Below the pieces are notes generated by a model. The model searched no databases. It was not told the origin of the DNA and worked only from the letters and a program-made list of their open reading frames with translations. Below, one piece after another: positions 63,529 to 64,000 of a stretch of 64,000 nucleotides of DNA; the first letter of the stretch is position 1, and every line of letters begins with the position of its first letter. This DNA comes from Octopus sinensis (lineage: Eukaryota). The position numbers and the translations under genes are program-made. The stretch covers positions 62,186,001-62,250,000 of the forward strand of contig NC_043008.1 of the NCBI RefSeq assembly GCF_006345805.1. The letters are read 5' to 3'.

Positions 63529-64000
63529 CAAAAGATCTTAATCAATAAACTTGTAGTATTCGTTTTGAATTTTCTCACTCTAAGTTCAAATCTTGTTGTG
63601 GTTAACTTTACTTTTCTGTCTTTCTGAGGTCAATAAAATAGATTACATGACAAATATGGAGGTTGATATAAGCAACTGTTCTGAGCTCAATAAATTTTTG
63701 ATTTTGCATCTATTTCTTATGTTTTATTTTCTTTCACTCATTAAACTGTAGCCATGCTGGGACATTGCCTTGAAGAATTTTTAAGTCAAACTAATTGATA
63801 TTGGTACTTGTTTTCTTCTTAATCCAGGTACTTGTTCTGTCTCTTTTGCAGAACTGTGAAATTACAGGGTTAGGGTCAAGTGGTGGTGGTGGTTGACAAA
63901 CACAGACACAAACATGCACACACATACATGCGCACATACACACATGCACACACATGTCCACACGCACACATGCACACACACACACACAATACAATACAGT

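Overview
AT-rich, microsatellite-saturated eukaryotic non-coding DNA. The SINE/LINE repertoire and repeat content point to a coleoid cephalopod, most likely Octopus (inference, no search run). No intact protein-coding, rRNA or tRNA gene and no CRISPR array is supported; almost all long ORFs in the track are translations of (TA)n, (TG)n, (ATGT)n, (AAT)n or (GAA)n. The window holds four tRNA-headed SINE families (my labels A-D), decayed LINEs (RTE, CR1/L2-like, R4/Dong-like), a Helitron 3' end, five Tc1/mariner-superfamily relics (two full-length mariners, one DD37D), a self-nested piggyBac-type MITE, several long fold-back elements and two near-identical microsatellite-bounded tandem duplications. 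The most interesting signal is a set of about ten minimal hammerhead-ribozyme-like motifs from several unrelated repeat families, resembling those of Penelope-like element termini. One carries a compensatory G3:C8 core swap; others have single core changes. Every copy has at least one lesion, so activity is not established. Two weak isolated exon candidates are noted.
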